DNA of 64,000 nucleotides from Botryllus schlosseri (Eukaryota): the NCBI GenBank assembly GCA_051294905.1, contig CM119372.1, positions 28,336,001 through 28,400,000 of the forward strand, read 5' to 3'. Both the position numbers and the translations under genes were made by a program. Shown here piece by piece: positions 23,801-38,800 of this stretch. The notes beneath the pieces are model-generated. The model was not told the origin of the DNA. It made no database searches and saw only the letters and a list, made by a program, of their open reading frames with translations. Within the stretch, counting starts at the first letter, position 1, and each line of letters starts with the position of its first letter.

Positions 23801-26800
23801 AACTTCGAAGAAGAATAAAGTTACCACATTATTGGTATTCGTCTATCAGGCCTGACACTTGGGAAATAGGCCCAGAAACTGTTAAGACTGAGGAAAATCA
23901 CTGTATTATGAATGCAAGCAGAGTTCAAAAAGTGGGTGTGACCGGATTGTACTAAAAACTGAACAGTGACCATAATGACTTGGACTCGGACTCAAGTCAA
24001 AACGCTATGACTCAGACTCAAACCTCTACCTGCTGACTTGGACTCGGACTTGACTCGGTGGTGAATTGAAAATGACTCAACTTGACTCGAGTCAAAACTA
24101 GAAAAGTGAGATTGACTTGTGACTCGGAACCTTGCGACTTGGTTACAACCCTGTGCTGTAGGACTGATGTATGAAGACCAGAGGAGTTCACTTATTAGGG
24201 AAAAGTTGTATTTCTTCAACTATTAACAGAATGGGGAAAGAACACCATGTAAGCCATTTGAGATGGAAACATTATTTTTTACCCTGCTGCTGTTTTACTG
24301 TAATTAAATGAAGTTGATAAGGGGTGATGTATATTACAAATTACAATCACTAATTACCAGTTTTAGATTTAATATGTCCCATTTTTCCATGAAATATTGC
24401 TTTATCAGTAAAAATCTGTTGCAAAATTCCAATATCTATCTGTTTCTAATTGAACTCAATTACCAGTTATTGCCAGATCAGTGCTCGATGCATGACGTAT
24501 GTAGATAAAAAAAACGGCATCGACTTGTAACTAAAATAGAAGCAGATTCTACTGAACCAGTACTGGATTTCATTTGATATTACCAGACCATCATCTTACA
24601 CATCGATTTTGCCTACCGACACATGCCGTTTCATTTTTATCGCTTGTCCATTTTATGTTATCCTCTGAGCGTACCTCATATCTTACAGTAGTTGTCTTTT
24701 CAAAATAATCTGTAGGCTAAGGCGAGTTCATCCTATAGCTTGTGGTATTTTGAAATGATGAAATTATTAATAAACGAATACTGCGCTTCCAAGAAAACAC
24801 ACATTGAATGGAATCCTATTTGAAATGATTGCAAAAAAATAAGGCTGGTATACAGAAGGGATGCAGACACTTTCTCAGCATGTGAGTTCGTTATGTAATG
24901 ATCAAGTCATGATGGCGCCACTGTAGAACTAACAACTGACATTTTTGTCATGGCACAATTGGACCGAACCAATCAGCCAGGGATTGTAACCGCCGATAAC
25001 CAGCATGATACCAGCAGTTTTGTGGTGTTCCAGCAGCATCACTGGAGCATAGGTGTATTTCGATGTCAATAGATCGAAACCGACCTCTCTGTAAGCACGG
25101 AAAGTCTGCAGATTTTGAAGCTGCTGAATTTCCATTTGCTTTGAATGTTTCTCCACCAGTATGTTGACATGATCTTCCAACAAGCGTTTTTCCTTACGTA
25201 ACACGTCCAGCTGTCCAAATATAAAACCATTAGTAACATGTACCGCTCCATAGCTCAATGGATACACTGCAATTTTTTGTCGCTATCTGAATCGAATTTT
25301 CAAAAATATTCATTAATAACGGATATAAAATGAAAGAAGTTCTTCAAAACACCCATGTCTTTAATGGTAACCTGCAGTGCACATATAATTGGAGTGTAGG
25401 AACATGGCACATATCAAGGGAAAAGAGTGCAATTATCTTGAGGCGCATGATTGGGATTATCTGTTTTGTTATACAATTGAATACGGTAACATATTCATAT
25501 TGTGATAAACCAGAATATTTTCGGCTGACATACGTCAGGGGCAATCGTCAGCAACTGGTAGAGAATTCATAAGAACTTTGTGTATGATCAGTCTTATCTC
25601 TAATCATGACATCATGTGCATGGAATTTTGAATAATTGAGGAGAGCCGAGAGCTTAAGCTCAATGTAATGGGTTTGAATCAGTGGTTCCCTCTCAACCTT
25701 AATTATAACCTGTTCCTTGCTGGAGTGAGTCAAGCATTGAGTCGCTTTTGTAAAAAAAGAATTGCCACACAGAATCGACCCATTTGCTATTTTAGCCCTT
25801 CTTTTATCTCAAAATACCCCTTTGAGAACCATTAAGTCAGTGGTGGCCAACCTCTTCGGCCAAAGGGCCACATGAGATTTACGAGCCACAGCACGAGCCA
25901 CTTGAATGTTGATGGCCTTTTTTTAGTCGAACCGAATTGCGTAACATTGAAAACAAAACTTATATTACTACACATTAGAATTGATAACAATTATGTCATG
26001 AAAACTCTGAGTGTCTTCATGCGCTGGCTGCGAGAATCGCGAAATTTTTTCAAAGTTAACAAATGAATTCGATCACTAATATTGTTACTTGCATGCATTG
26101 CGGGTTGCCTCTGCATACCATTGATGGGCTAATTTGGTAAGGACAGGATTATTCGGGGTTTGGATATATCAATGTTGAACATTTCAGCGAACATGCGTCT
26201 ATCATTTAGAGCAGAGGCGTCATCGCCAAAGATCTTACTGCGAGCACACACGCGAAGACGCATGTTGGACAACAAGTTCCCTACTAATTGCGTTATAGTC
26301 ATCAACATCCCTAGTTTCACGGGTGAGGCTAATCAAATTTTGGTTGGCCTTGTAATTTTACCTAGATAATTATTTTTTTTGATGTTACGATAAATTTTGA
26401 GAATTACCTCGCGGGCCCCTGAGACACATAAACTCCTGTTTGCATAAATTAAGTACTTTTTGTGGTAGCTAAAAGGTATGTATTCAAACTTTTCATATCA
26501 CCCCATGCAGTTTTGAAGTTATTACGTGCAATGTTCCCTCTAATTTTCCACGCGGCTGCGCGCACTGACCAACTCACTGTGCGGTCCCTTGGACAACAGT
26601 GTGTAACAACTAAAAAAAGTTCATCACACTTCGGCTTTTTCCTGCGCGGCACATATTTTTCTGGGCGTGGCGACTTTGTCAGCAGTGATCAGCCGCGCAC
26701 GCGCATAGCTTTGAGGGAACATTGATTACGATTGATACTCGAATCGAAGCCTAACAGCCCACTCGATTTGGAATCCAATAACTCAGTCACTCCATTTGGG

Positions 26801-29800
26801 CTAACACTAGCATTTTACCTGAGCTGTAATAGCAGATTTCTCGATTTTCAAGGTCGAAAGTTCGACGGCTTGCTTCAATTGAGCTCCTTCGTCCAATCCA
26901 AGGCCTCCCGATGAAGATGTCATTTCGAGAACGGCTTTCTCGTGAGCCACGTCCAGCTGTCAAGTCAAAGATTAAAAAGGGACAGCTAGAAATTTCAAAA
27001 TTACCAAATAGATTAATGAAAATTGAATGAAACAAATTTCCTCGCGAGAAATGCTAAATATATGTTCGACTCTACTAGGAGCAAGAACTCACGTAAAAGG
27101 AACTTCGGCAGAAACGACATTTCAGTGAAGTCATGTTCAACTTACATCACTTCCACAAAGTGCAATGTACTGGGTATATTCGAAAGAATGCCGCATTACC
27201 TTCATGTGATCTAGAACTGCCATTACTATCCTTGTGGTGGCATAAGCGGTAGATAGTTTTCACAACCAAAGTCTTATGATGGCATAATCAATCATACTCG
27301 AATACAAGACTCAAAGTCTATTACTTGAAGTTGAATTACAATTGAGACAATCGGATATCGATTTCGCATAGATTTAAGTCTACTATAACATCAGAATTTA
27401 ATCTCAGACCTTCATCTTTTCCACTTGGTCGTTGACGATTTGTTCGTTTTCCTTCTTCATCCGGTTTCGATCCTCCTCCAATTTTCGAGCCGTCATTTCG
27501 AAGTTGAACGAGGCCGTGTCGAGGCCAGCCTGCAAGCACGATGGTTTTCAATCTGGCTTCTGTGAGGCGGGGCTACCGAAATCATCCCACAATGGAAGGG
27601 GGCCGTAATAGTGCTTGACGCTGGCTTAACAAGCGACCAATTAGAAGTTTACAAAAGTAATTCGACTTTTAAAACTGCACGAGTATATGTCAAGGCTCTT
27701 GGAACTGGTCCCTCAAAGGAAGTGGTCCAAGGACAGAATGCCTCCTACGACTTGGACCTCAGACATAAACCAGTTGCATGCAAAAACAAGAGCACCTCTT
27801 TCAGTTTCCTCAACTGTTCCTTGGCTTGTTTGAGATTGTCGCGAGACTTGGCGAGCGCGTCACTTTCATGCTTGAACGCTTCTTTCAGGGATTGTATTTG
27901 CACGATTCGAGCTTTGGTTTGGTCATCAGACCGACCTGAAAACCAGAAACATATATGACAGCAGTTACACAACAATCTTAAATATGAGGAAATCGCTGCT
28001 ATTTTTCCTAACGCTGAAAACGATCCGAATCAAAATGCACTACTGCCCTTAGACAGCAAAAATGTAGTTGAGCATGTCCCAGACAGTAATCAGTAGATTG
28101 CACAGAACATCATTACAACATGCAAGATGTGTCGCTGTGACCAACTAACGACGTTGCCAAGAACTTTATACTGGGCTTCACAGCCAATCACAGTGTCAGC
28201 TATAAAGTACTAGTACCTGACGAAACGGATGCCGTGTACTTGTTGAGTTCCGAATTCAATTCATCTTTCAATTTGTCTGCCGATTGCTTTTGATCTTTTA
28301 CTTTGTTTGACATCTGCACGAATGAAACAGTATGTCAACTGACCCCAATGGCAGATACAAGGGAAGTATAATTCAGAGAAATAAAATGAAGCAAACAGAC
28401 ATGATGCAATTCTAGGTTAGATCAATAAGGAAATGATTCCACATAAGTACCAAAAATAACTAGCACTCGTTCTCGTGCAGTGGTGTTGAAACTTATTTGA
28501 TTGGTAGAAACCAAATACGTAAAAAGTGAAAATTGTGGGGTGAGACAAAAATTCAACTATTCCATGACGTCATAGGTCTATAGGGGCGTGACGTAATGAA
28601 CCCGTATGACGTCAAAATCGCTTAATGCAAAACTGCCTTTCTCCGGTTACTGTTGGTAATTCCAACTCGCTTCACTAATACTCGCTATTACGTGTTCTTT
28701 TTCAGTTCTGTTGTTTAGGTGAGAAGTGGAATCACAGCTCCATACTCTAAAATCCATAGCATCGCAGCCTCTAAATCAGTGGTTCTCAACCTTTTTATAG
28801 TCACGCCGCCCTTTTTGATAGTGAAAAATTTCGCGCCCCCCTTATCGTCATATCACAAAATCCAACTGGGATGCTAGCAACCCCTAAAGATTGTTTGATG
28901 GCATGGAAGGTTATGAGTGTTGATGAGAGAATTAAAAATATGAAATTAGGTCTATATATAGAGAAACACACGTGAAATGGAGACAAATCGCGCAGAGCGC
29001 GAAAAAATTTTCCAGTTAACCGCTTCTTCGCGGCCCCCTTCAATGCTTTCACGCCCCCCAGGTTGAGAACCACTGCTCTAAATCCAATAACGCATTCTTT
29101 CTGCTGCGTCATAAAACAGGAGAAAAGCCTTATATTTACTTGGGAGGCTGGCTCAAGGGACGCGATCCCATTTCATATGAATTTCGGATGCTGGGATGCC
29201 AATGTCTAGATTTATAGCACACTGCTTGCAGTAGTCCGGCGTGGTCCGTATTCAGTAATATTTTCATGAAATTTGTGGTGGGCCCAGAAAAATCGATTTG
29301 TGGGCAGTTATCCTGTGGGTCGTAGTTTGAACAGGGACACGCCTGTTCTAACGATTCAGATTTGAGATTGCATTACCGAGTCCCTGATTGATTTGATTCC
29401 GAGTTGAACATCAAGATTGAAGTCGCGATATAGAGTATCACAAATTATGATGCCATACACATTACTAAGTATTCTGAAGTTCAATTCTATGTATTTTTTA
29501 CGTAGCCACAAATCAAAAAACACTTCATCAGAAATCACTTTGCAACTGTGGACCATATTTACAACAAAACACATTGTGACAATGCCACAGTTTGATCACT
29601 ACTTCAAAGAAACGTCCGTTTCATTATCATTCTTTACCTCATACATAGGTTTTGATTGTACGATTCTAGATCATGAATGGAACACCCCAAAAGGAGAAGC
29701 TCTATTGCATCCAATGCTACTCCCACACAGACTTATTGTATGGAGCATGGGTATGTAGTGCAACAATACATAGATTGTGTGGCTGACAAGATAAATTCAA

Positions 29801-32800
29801 ATGTTGGTGGTGGCAATGTAATGGAAACACATACCTCCAGTATACGTTCCTGTAAAGCCTTTATATCATTCTGATTCGATGCATTAGTCGACTCCAGCAC
29901 CCACAACAAGCCACTACAAAATAAATGATCGTACTTAAGAGCACTGCTGAAATTTCCAACAGTTGTGAATATTTCTGGAGTATTGCAGTGAATCAAAGTG
30001 ATCGGTAATCAGCAGTGAAAGCATATTTGACTCTAAGTTGCGACTCAAGGGGCTACAGAATCTCAGCTTCAACATCCTAATTCATATATTGGGGTTCCTT
30101 TCTTTCAAGGGAGACCTAGAATTGCAATGGCAATGATGCTTTCCATAACATAGGGAAAGGTTTGAAGAAAAATATGAAGCAATGTACCTATTTCATAATA
30201 AATAACCTGGTTCTGTCTTGGACTGAGTGCAGAAGGTCAATAGCTATTTTGAGCTTGTCTTAATTCTGCTCCAATTGTAATATTTGTCTTCAGCTTAGAT
30301 ACGTGATAAGGCCATATACCCCAGTTCCTTTCAAATCCTTTTCATGATACTGCCAATTAATTTTATTCTACTACCGTAACTTGTATGTAATTCGGTAGAA
30401 ATGATAGCACTGCATTGGGCTCTATCACCATCAATGACTATTTGTGAAGTACTGTGATATATATACCTAGATATATCCTTTTCATCGACATCAGGCACCT
30501 TTGCCCAGGAATGGCACAAAAAAGATGAGGTTTGAGGCTAAAAAAGTTTTTAGTCGTAAGTCAGCAGGGCTGTGCCTTATGGCTCGAGCTGTCGAGTCCG
30601 AGTTGAGCATCAATTGCTATGAGTCGAGTAGTAATGGCACATTTTTTCAAGCCTTCACACAAAGAGTAATATTCCATCAGGGAAAAATGTGAATCAATAT
30701 TTTATCACATCATTGGAGCCTTGAAACCGCAGTTAGCCGAAAATAAGCATCGCATTCCTAAAACATGCTGCGAAAAGCTACAACCATTTAGGATATGTCA
30801 TTAGCGTCAAGCAATGATCTACAATCACAAGGGCCCAAAGGTGCTAAGAAATGATCTTGGAACGTGAGTACTGGTACAAAATTATTTGAACTATGCAAGT
30901 GTTGTTGTGACCAGGGCGATTTATTTTGCATGTCAAAAAAAGTCAAAGTTTTGTTAAAATTGTAGCATTAGGTCGAAAAATTGGCAAAGCCAAAATTTTT
31001 TCCAACCTGCATTTTGTTTGTAACTTTGATGTTTGCACTATCGGTCGACTTTTCATTTAACATTTCACAGCTTGTACCCTACTTTATAGGCCTACCGTTG
31101 TTCACGTCCCATAGTCTGCTCATTGTGAATCATAAACGGTCAAATGAAACAAATAGGTTGACATGGTGTTATGCTCAACGTACTGCAATATCCCACCCGA
31201 AGCAAGACGGTGTGGGCATTAGTTCTTATATCCAGAAGCGCATGATAAAAAATTGAGATGTAGACACCATTGTCAGAATGAAGCAACACAGTGTGTCACC
31301 GGCAGTGTACTTGTACACTGTAGGCACAACTTTCATTGTTGCCAGCAAACAACTGCTGCTGTAGAGCGTTTTTCTCCATTCTTGGCAAGCTACTTAGTGA
31401 GGACAGACACGTTCTACCCGAGAATATAGGAAAGTAGGCTATCTTGCGTTGTACTACAACAAATTTCAACTATTTCTAGCGTAATGCTTGATGTAACTAC
31501 TGGAATTCATCATCGGTCCAGATTTCGTTAAACTAGAACTTTTTTCATTTATAATTTGTCAGTTTTCAAGTCAAAAAGTTTTTTCAGGCCCAACTACTTC
31601 GTAAGGACAGACAGTTCCAACCAGAAATGAAGATAAGTAATACAATTCTAACATTATGTGGGAAAACACCTAATTTTCATACATGATGGCAAAATTTTGT
31701 CAAAATTAAGTTTTTTAAGGTAAAAAAAGTCAAAATTTACACTTTTTAGGTCAAAATCTTCCACTTTTTAGATAAGAAAAATCGTTCTAGTTATGACATC
31801 ATAATAGACGATACTCAAATACGCGACTCAGAATTGAACCACTTCAACATGAATTGCCCAGCACTAGTCCTAAGTGGGGTAATTTTACTTGGCATGAATA
31901 GAAAATATTGACTGCTTTTTCCTAAATTACCAAATTAGGAAGTTAGTATTTCATCCATTTTGCCAGTTAGCTTTGAGGATGGTTAAATCAAGATGATCAT
32001 CATACCGATCTGATAGGTTGGACTTTCTTTCGTCCGTGCAGAGATTTGAAACAGCGATTCTTCGATCCCAACTCGTATTTTTCAAATCGTTCAATTCACC
32101 AATCAAGGACTCCAGCTTTTCGACGTTTTCTACGAACAGAAATTGAACGAAATTGAACGAATTGAACGATCGGAACAAGATGAACTGGATTTAGGTCCAG
32201 CTTCATATGCCAAACTTCAAAATTAAATCAATCCGACTTGTAATGTCACCGGCTTACTAAAATTTAATCTGATCCTGAGATCGTGATCTTACTCAAGCGC
32301 AAAATCATTTCATATCCAGGCTACTATTGACAAACATCTGTGTTTTCAAATGGTGGCCCTACCTGGGAACTGGATAAACTTTGAAAATATCCATGAAGTC
32401 TAAAAGCATGCAAAGACTTATCATATATCATGACTGATAAAAGCAGTCAAGGAGGTACAGGGAAACATTATTTTGACATGACCGATACACAAATGACCTG
32501 ATATTACCCATTCACGCAATACTGCATGGGTGACAGGGTGACACATGATGTTGAAAGATGTAGATGTGAATGTGATCATAATCTCGGCTAGGGTAGTATT
32601 CATCAGCTAGTCATTGCGTGTAAATCCGACTTCAATTAGTAAAGAATTGAAAAAAAATATTGCATATCAACAATTGTGCTAATAGTGATCTGGTGAGCTA
32701 GATAATATTGACTGTAACGTTAGAAAGAACATTACAAATAAAGTTAAGTCAATTTATCGATATAGTATGGTGAGAAGGTGGAAACTTACTCTTATCAGGC

Positions 32801-35800
32801 ACTGTTTGCTGCATTACGATCTCTCTCGCATTTTTAATGTCTTTCCGAACTTGGGCAAGAGTCTTTGACAGGTCACCGCTGTGTTTTTGCGGGTTGGTAC
32901 GCATCCCCGAACTCAATTTCACCATTTCGAACAATTTTATAGCATCGCTTGCTTGGGTTTCTACAAAGTAAACAGGTCATTTCTCAGTGCATATATACAG
33001 CGTTGACTTGATTCATTTCAAATGATCACAAACAGCAGTGAAAATCGAATTACAATTCAATTGCCTTTAGATTGAACGAATCATACCTTGCCCAGCGCAA
33101 CAAGCAATCATGTAAGCTTTACTGCCTGAGATTGCATCAGATACGATCATGTCTGAAATAGATGATTGGTCTCGTGCTTTTCCTTTGGCCATAGACTTCA
33201 ACAAAGCCTTCAAGCTGCGAATATAACGTGACGTTACTGATAATGTGAAGCAAAATATCTTGGCATTCACAACTGAAAGATACAAAGAGTCACAGGGTGG
33301 ATGATTTTTGAGAATTATCCGTTATGATGTTGGATATTTAGTAATGATCGAAATTGGATAAAATTTTAATTAATCACGGCAAAAGATGCTAAATGTGCAT
33401 TTGTGCAACACACGATCTATGCACATGATTGAGGATAATTGAGGGTGAATTCAATGGAATAATTGCTATATCAGGGTGTTATCAAGGGACTTATTACTCC
33501 TCATCGTAATCTAATGAAGTAACATTCTTAGAGATTTTTGTTGATTCTCGTAGGGTAATAGTTGATTGTCATTGTTTTCAGATATATTTACCCATTACAT
33601 ATTAATTGGAGGAATAAAGGTGGCAACACATTACATAAAGTAGGACACAAAATTATCAAGGTTGTTAAGAGACACTGGAATGGAAGTCACACTAATGTTG
33701 AGATCATAGCAAAAATAAGATACTACGATAAAATTGAAGTACGGTAGTATATTTTATACTTCGGTTTAGAAAACATGCCTACTTATTACCGTCTGATTCT
33801 TTTCAATAGATTAATTCTCACTAAGAAATCAATTTTATCATGTTCTTCGTTGTCCATGACCGGTCTGTGTCTAGTACGTAGCACCGATCACGAAAAACGC
33901 CAAACTAATGTTTATGTAAGGCATTGAGTACAGAATAGTATTTTTATTACAATCTACCCAATTTGTACAGGAAAACTACTCCTTTGTGCTACCACTGTAT
34001 GAATAATGCTTTCTTTGCTTGAAGGAAGTAGATTTATAAATAATGTTTGAAGCAGTGAGTTGATTAGTGCCGTATTATGAGTGCTCAGTGCTCATAAACC
34101 CACAGGTTTTACGGGAGGTGGCGCTAAACAATAGTAGTGACCTCAAGAATACACTTCCACTAATCCGTGGCCTAAAAGTAGTAGACTTGTTTGTGCAAAT
34201 GTTAATGACAGTTACCGTATATAATATTGGTCATCGTCTTGTGAAAGATCACAGAAATCAATGAGTAGGGACTCGTACCAAGATTATTATCCGAAACCAA
34301 TTCATTGCGTAAAACAAACGTAATCACAATACGATTAAGTCCCTTTGGCGACAAAAGATTGTTTGAAGTTTGTTGCTGACAACCATATGTAAAGTGTAAA
34401 TACACGAGGACATTGTTTGAGGTTATATGACGTCTCAGTCCGACTAAGTGTACCAATAACACGGAACACGTCAATAATCTTGGATTTACTGTCAATCCGT
34501 AAATTATCTCTCGAGATATCTCACCCTGTGTTGTCCGGTTCTGTCTCGTGGCCGATCAAGTCGACAAAAGAGATTTTTGATAAGGTTCCGGACGTCGATG
34601 GATCTGCAATAAAACGTTATTAAGTGATATTTATAGTGTGCACTGAAGATTATGGCGTCATGTCAAACTTTTTGGTTTGGATTAATACAAACATGTCCAT
34701 ATAGTTCGAGGTTTTCAAGCAAAATAATTATTAAGATTGGACCACTGAATTCAGATTGTTACTGAACACTAGAGACTGGGAAAATCGAGGCACAGCTGAT
34801 GCGAATCAGACAATGAAAATTTAGTTCGAATCGAATCCCTTGCTCATTCTTATTTTATTGATTGAAATTTACAACACGACAATAGGCAATCGGAACAAAC
34901 TTCAAAGCGAATTGCACAGTTAAAAGCAGTTAACTGTTGCGTAACAAAATTGTGAAATCATCAATGATCCTATATAACCTAACAGCATCACAGTCACATT
35001 CCTTATCAGCAACAGAAATATAGTCATTTTGAAAGTGTAAAGGTAGCTAGAGCTGAAATATATCCAATACCCTGTTGGGTAAGTCATGAAAACCTTCCCA
35101 TTTCAAGGGGTTCATCAAATCGTCTTATAAGAATATAAATAATTTTGAAAATTGGCCACCCCTGATCTTATTAAAATCAAGCAAGTGAAGCAACTCCCCA
35201 GCCAAATGAACATTTTTCTACAATAGGCATATGGGCCGCACACTGCTATGCTTTACTTCACTTGAGATACATTGTAGTTGTAGATTACAAACCTTGGTGC
35301 TTCTGTGACACAATAATCGTGAATACAACGTCTCGGCGGTGACTTTTCAGCCCATTTTCAGTCTTACAGCATTCGGAATACAGCCTGCAAGCCTGTTCCG
35401 GGTTGGATACAACGTAGGCAGTAAGGTTGTCGATGATGCTGTTGATTGAAGATAAAATTATACAGGACAATAAATTCATTGCATTGGTCGTCAACTGATT
35501 ATTGACTCCAAAGCACCTGGCATGTAGTGCAGTCGCTGTTTAACCCGGGCATTTAGAAATCAGGGTTTAGTGTGATATGGTGTGCAAATTCCCATATTCC
35601 ATACCTGCCACCATAGGCGCCAAACGCTTATTTTCCTTAGGTATGCGGGATCGATGACGTCACAAAGAAATGACGTCATAATGTGACGGAATTGATAATT
35701 AGGGTTAATACAGCATCGATTCATGAGGGTTAAGTGCATGCGTAAATGCCGATTATACAATCTCCTCGTGTTAACAAACTTGTGCGTATAAGCTTGTCAG

Positions 35801-38800
35801 CGAGTCCGGAAGCGCTGTAAATTAGCGTGATCGCTAGCGAACAATTAAATACGCCGCTTATCAACGCGTATTATGTAACCTCCGCGGCGATTTCCGCAAG
35901 GCAAAATGTCCCAGTTGTTATGGAATCTGTTCTATGATGGCACCGATTTCAGGTTGTTCAAACTTTTCTCGTCTTTTACAAATCAAGCCTTGACAAACAT
36001 CTTCTGATGGTTATGTTTAAGTATTAGCCGAATTCAATTACGCATGCACGGCCCACGCACAATCGCACATGTCAGCGGACATTCGATGTCATTCAGTTTG
36101 GCGCTAATCGCTAATCAGCATACACCTAATGGCATTGTCTCCAAGCCATCGAGAGATAGGAGCCAATGTATGCTAGGCTCGAGACGCGATAGTTGGCCAG
36201 CGATGATATTTTTCGCACCAGGCCTGTTGCAGATGCGATTGTGTAGGCAAGCGATGATATCGAGCGCGCCAATGCAGATGCGACAGTGCAGGCTAGCTAT
36301 GGTATAGTACGCACGGGGCCTACTGCTGATGTGATTGTTCAAGCCAGTGAACCTAGGCTTGTTGGAGACGCGATAAATCAGGCAAGCGTCTAATGCGACG
36401 ATTGCCGCGCGCACGGCAATCAATGACATAATTTCGCGATCATCTCAGCGGGAAATCGCGTCGCGTTACATTGTGTACAGACGAATCTCGCTGATTGGCA
36501 ACACGCTTTTCGCTAATTGGCCTCGCGCAACGGGTTACCTCGCTCACATAGCAGCAGCAGGTAATCTCGTAAACTGAAATACATTGCGATTTGATCTAAA
36601 TAACACAATCGGGGGTTTATGCCGATACGTGCCAAACCGAATTCTAGGTATGCCGCATACCTAAGAAAATGTCCAGGTATGCATGGCACACCTTGCATAC
36701 CCAGGTTCGGCGCCTATGCCTGCCACACTCTTCCCATGCCATACATATAATTTTCAAAATCAACATACTTCCATACCCTATTCGAAACATTTTCCATGCT
36801 CAGTTGCACAATATCTCAGATTGACGGATACTATACTATTTTTGATACGAGGAAATTCTCAGTAGTTTACATTTGAATTTCTTGGGATGGAATTATCCAT
36901 TTAAGCAGCCCTGATTTGACAATTCAATTTCTGAACGCTGTGTCAAACAGGCCGATCAATGATAAAGGTTATTTAATCATAGAAGATGAAATGTTAGGTA
37001 TATACGCCAGCATGACATTCTTTGCGAATCATGGCCCACTGGTGGTATGACAAACAACAGTGTGACTGCGAATACACTGTTTTTCTCGCAAGACGTCCTT
37101 GTAATAACAGTATTGTAATTACTATCCATTACCATGATATCAAAAATACGTCCGTCAAAATTGTACTTACATTCCAAGTTTGTCGTTCTTTCTTACACGC
37201 AATTTTCTGGAATGAGGATTGAGAATGTCCGTCACTTCACCATTTCCCCCAATCTAAACAGTTAATTACAATATGTCTCATCAGAATTACCCGTTTCTGC
37301 TATCTGCTGAAATGCTCATTTTGATCAGGATCTACAAGTAGTACCTATGCGCGTGCTCATTCATCATAATTCTCATTGAGGTGAGGCTAGAGCAGAGGTC
37401 TCAAACTCAAATGTGCTCGCGGGGCCAATTTCCTAGTTTTCAATGACGCCGCGGGCCACAGCATCAATAACATGGAAATTCAATGTAGGCTATAATTTCC
37501 AAGTAGGCTTTATTTGACGCGACCTTGCAGACAGGCATTCCGCAAACATCGTGGAAATATAATTTACTATTGTACTATTCAAGCCTGACACGAAAAAAAA
37601 TCACATTTTCCGGGCCGGGGATAATTCTTTTAATTAATGAGTTATAGACATCATGTGAGAGGAAGCATCATGACATCGTAAAACTGTCGGGTTATAATAT
37701 TGCAGCTAGTGGACCTTTGACGTGCCACAAATTTATGTAGAATAAATATATTTTAAAATCTGCTGAAGATTGATCTGATATCAGAGCATTTGAGTGGTGC
37801 AGCCTAATCCTGCTTTTGATATAGTCGTGATAAGTATCGGCTATTATTACTGCCATTGCCAAAGTCACATTAAATCAGCGTTGGATCTTGCCTTCGATTA
37901 TTATTGGAACATATCAATAACAGCTTAAATATAATGATTATTGAGCCATAGTGATAGCATTGCTTCTTAACCTTTTAGCGATCGTACGCCTCGTGCTTCT
38001 AATAAGATTTCTCGTTGCCCCTGTAGATTTTTAAAACAATTTCTGACGGTACCTATATTAAAATCAGAAAGCCCACTCGCATAAAATCGCGCGTAGCGTG
38101 AAGACTATTTTCCAGTTGAATAAATTGGCCAAGAAAATATCCCACAGCATATGGGCCTAATTCCACAATGCATCTCGTACACCCTGATGTGGTGCTTCGT
38201 ACCGAGATAGGGTCTACGGACCCTGTTTGAGAACCCCTGAAATAGAAATGTCCAATCGGCGAAGAATTTATTGGTGTCACAGCTGTAGAGCGTATTACTA
38301 CTACTTTACTCGCCACCGATAATAACATGGATGAAAAGAGCAACCAACACCCAGCATGTAACCAACTATACGTCACAGGGGTCATGGAATACCAATGGTT
38401 GCCATACTGACCTGATTAGATATATACCCCTCGCAACGCAAACTACGACCTTTTGATATATTACTTTTCCCCATGACAGTTTAATAGATTGTTGCATCCG
38501 TAGGATTACCAAGTCACCATTCCGAGTCGCAAGTCCTTCTCTGATATTAACGTTTGACTCGACTCGACTGGCGTCATTTTTATTTAATCACTCAGTCAAT
38601 CCAAAATCGAGTAATTTTACGAGAAGGTCGCACCAAACCAAATCACAATTTTCAGTCTCGAATCATCAACGGGTCATGTTTTATCATCATTCACTAGAAA
38701 TGTGACGTAATACCTGTTCTTCTTCCGCATGGTAGCTTTTAAAAGTGATGTGATAGTGAAGTTTGTTGGGATTTCTTTGATTTTTATAGTAGTTTTTGCG

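Noticed and set aside
27336..27551. Listed ORFs at 27336-27551 and 26787-27035 as kinesin exons
   Set aside because: The real exons lie in a different frame, fixed by splice phase (AGLDTASF..., LDVAHEKA...).
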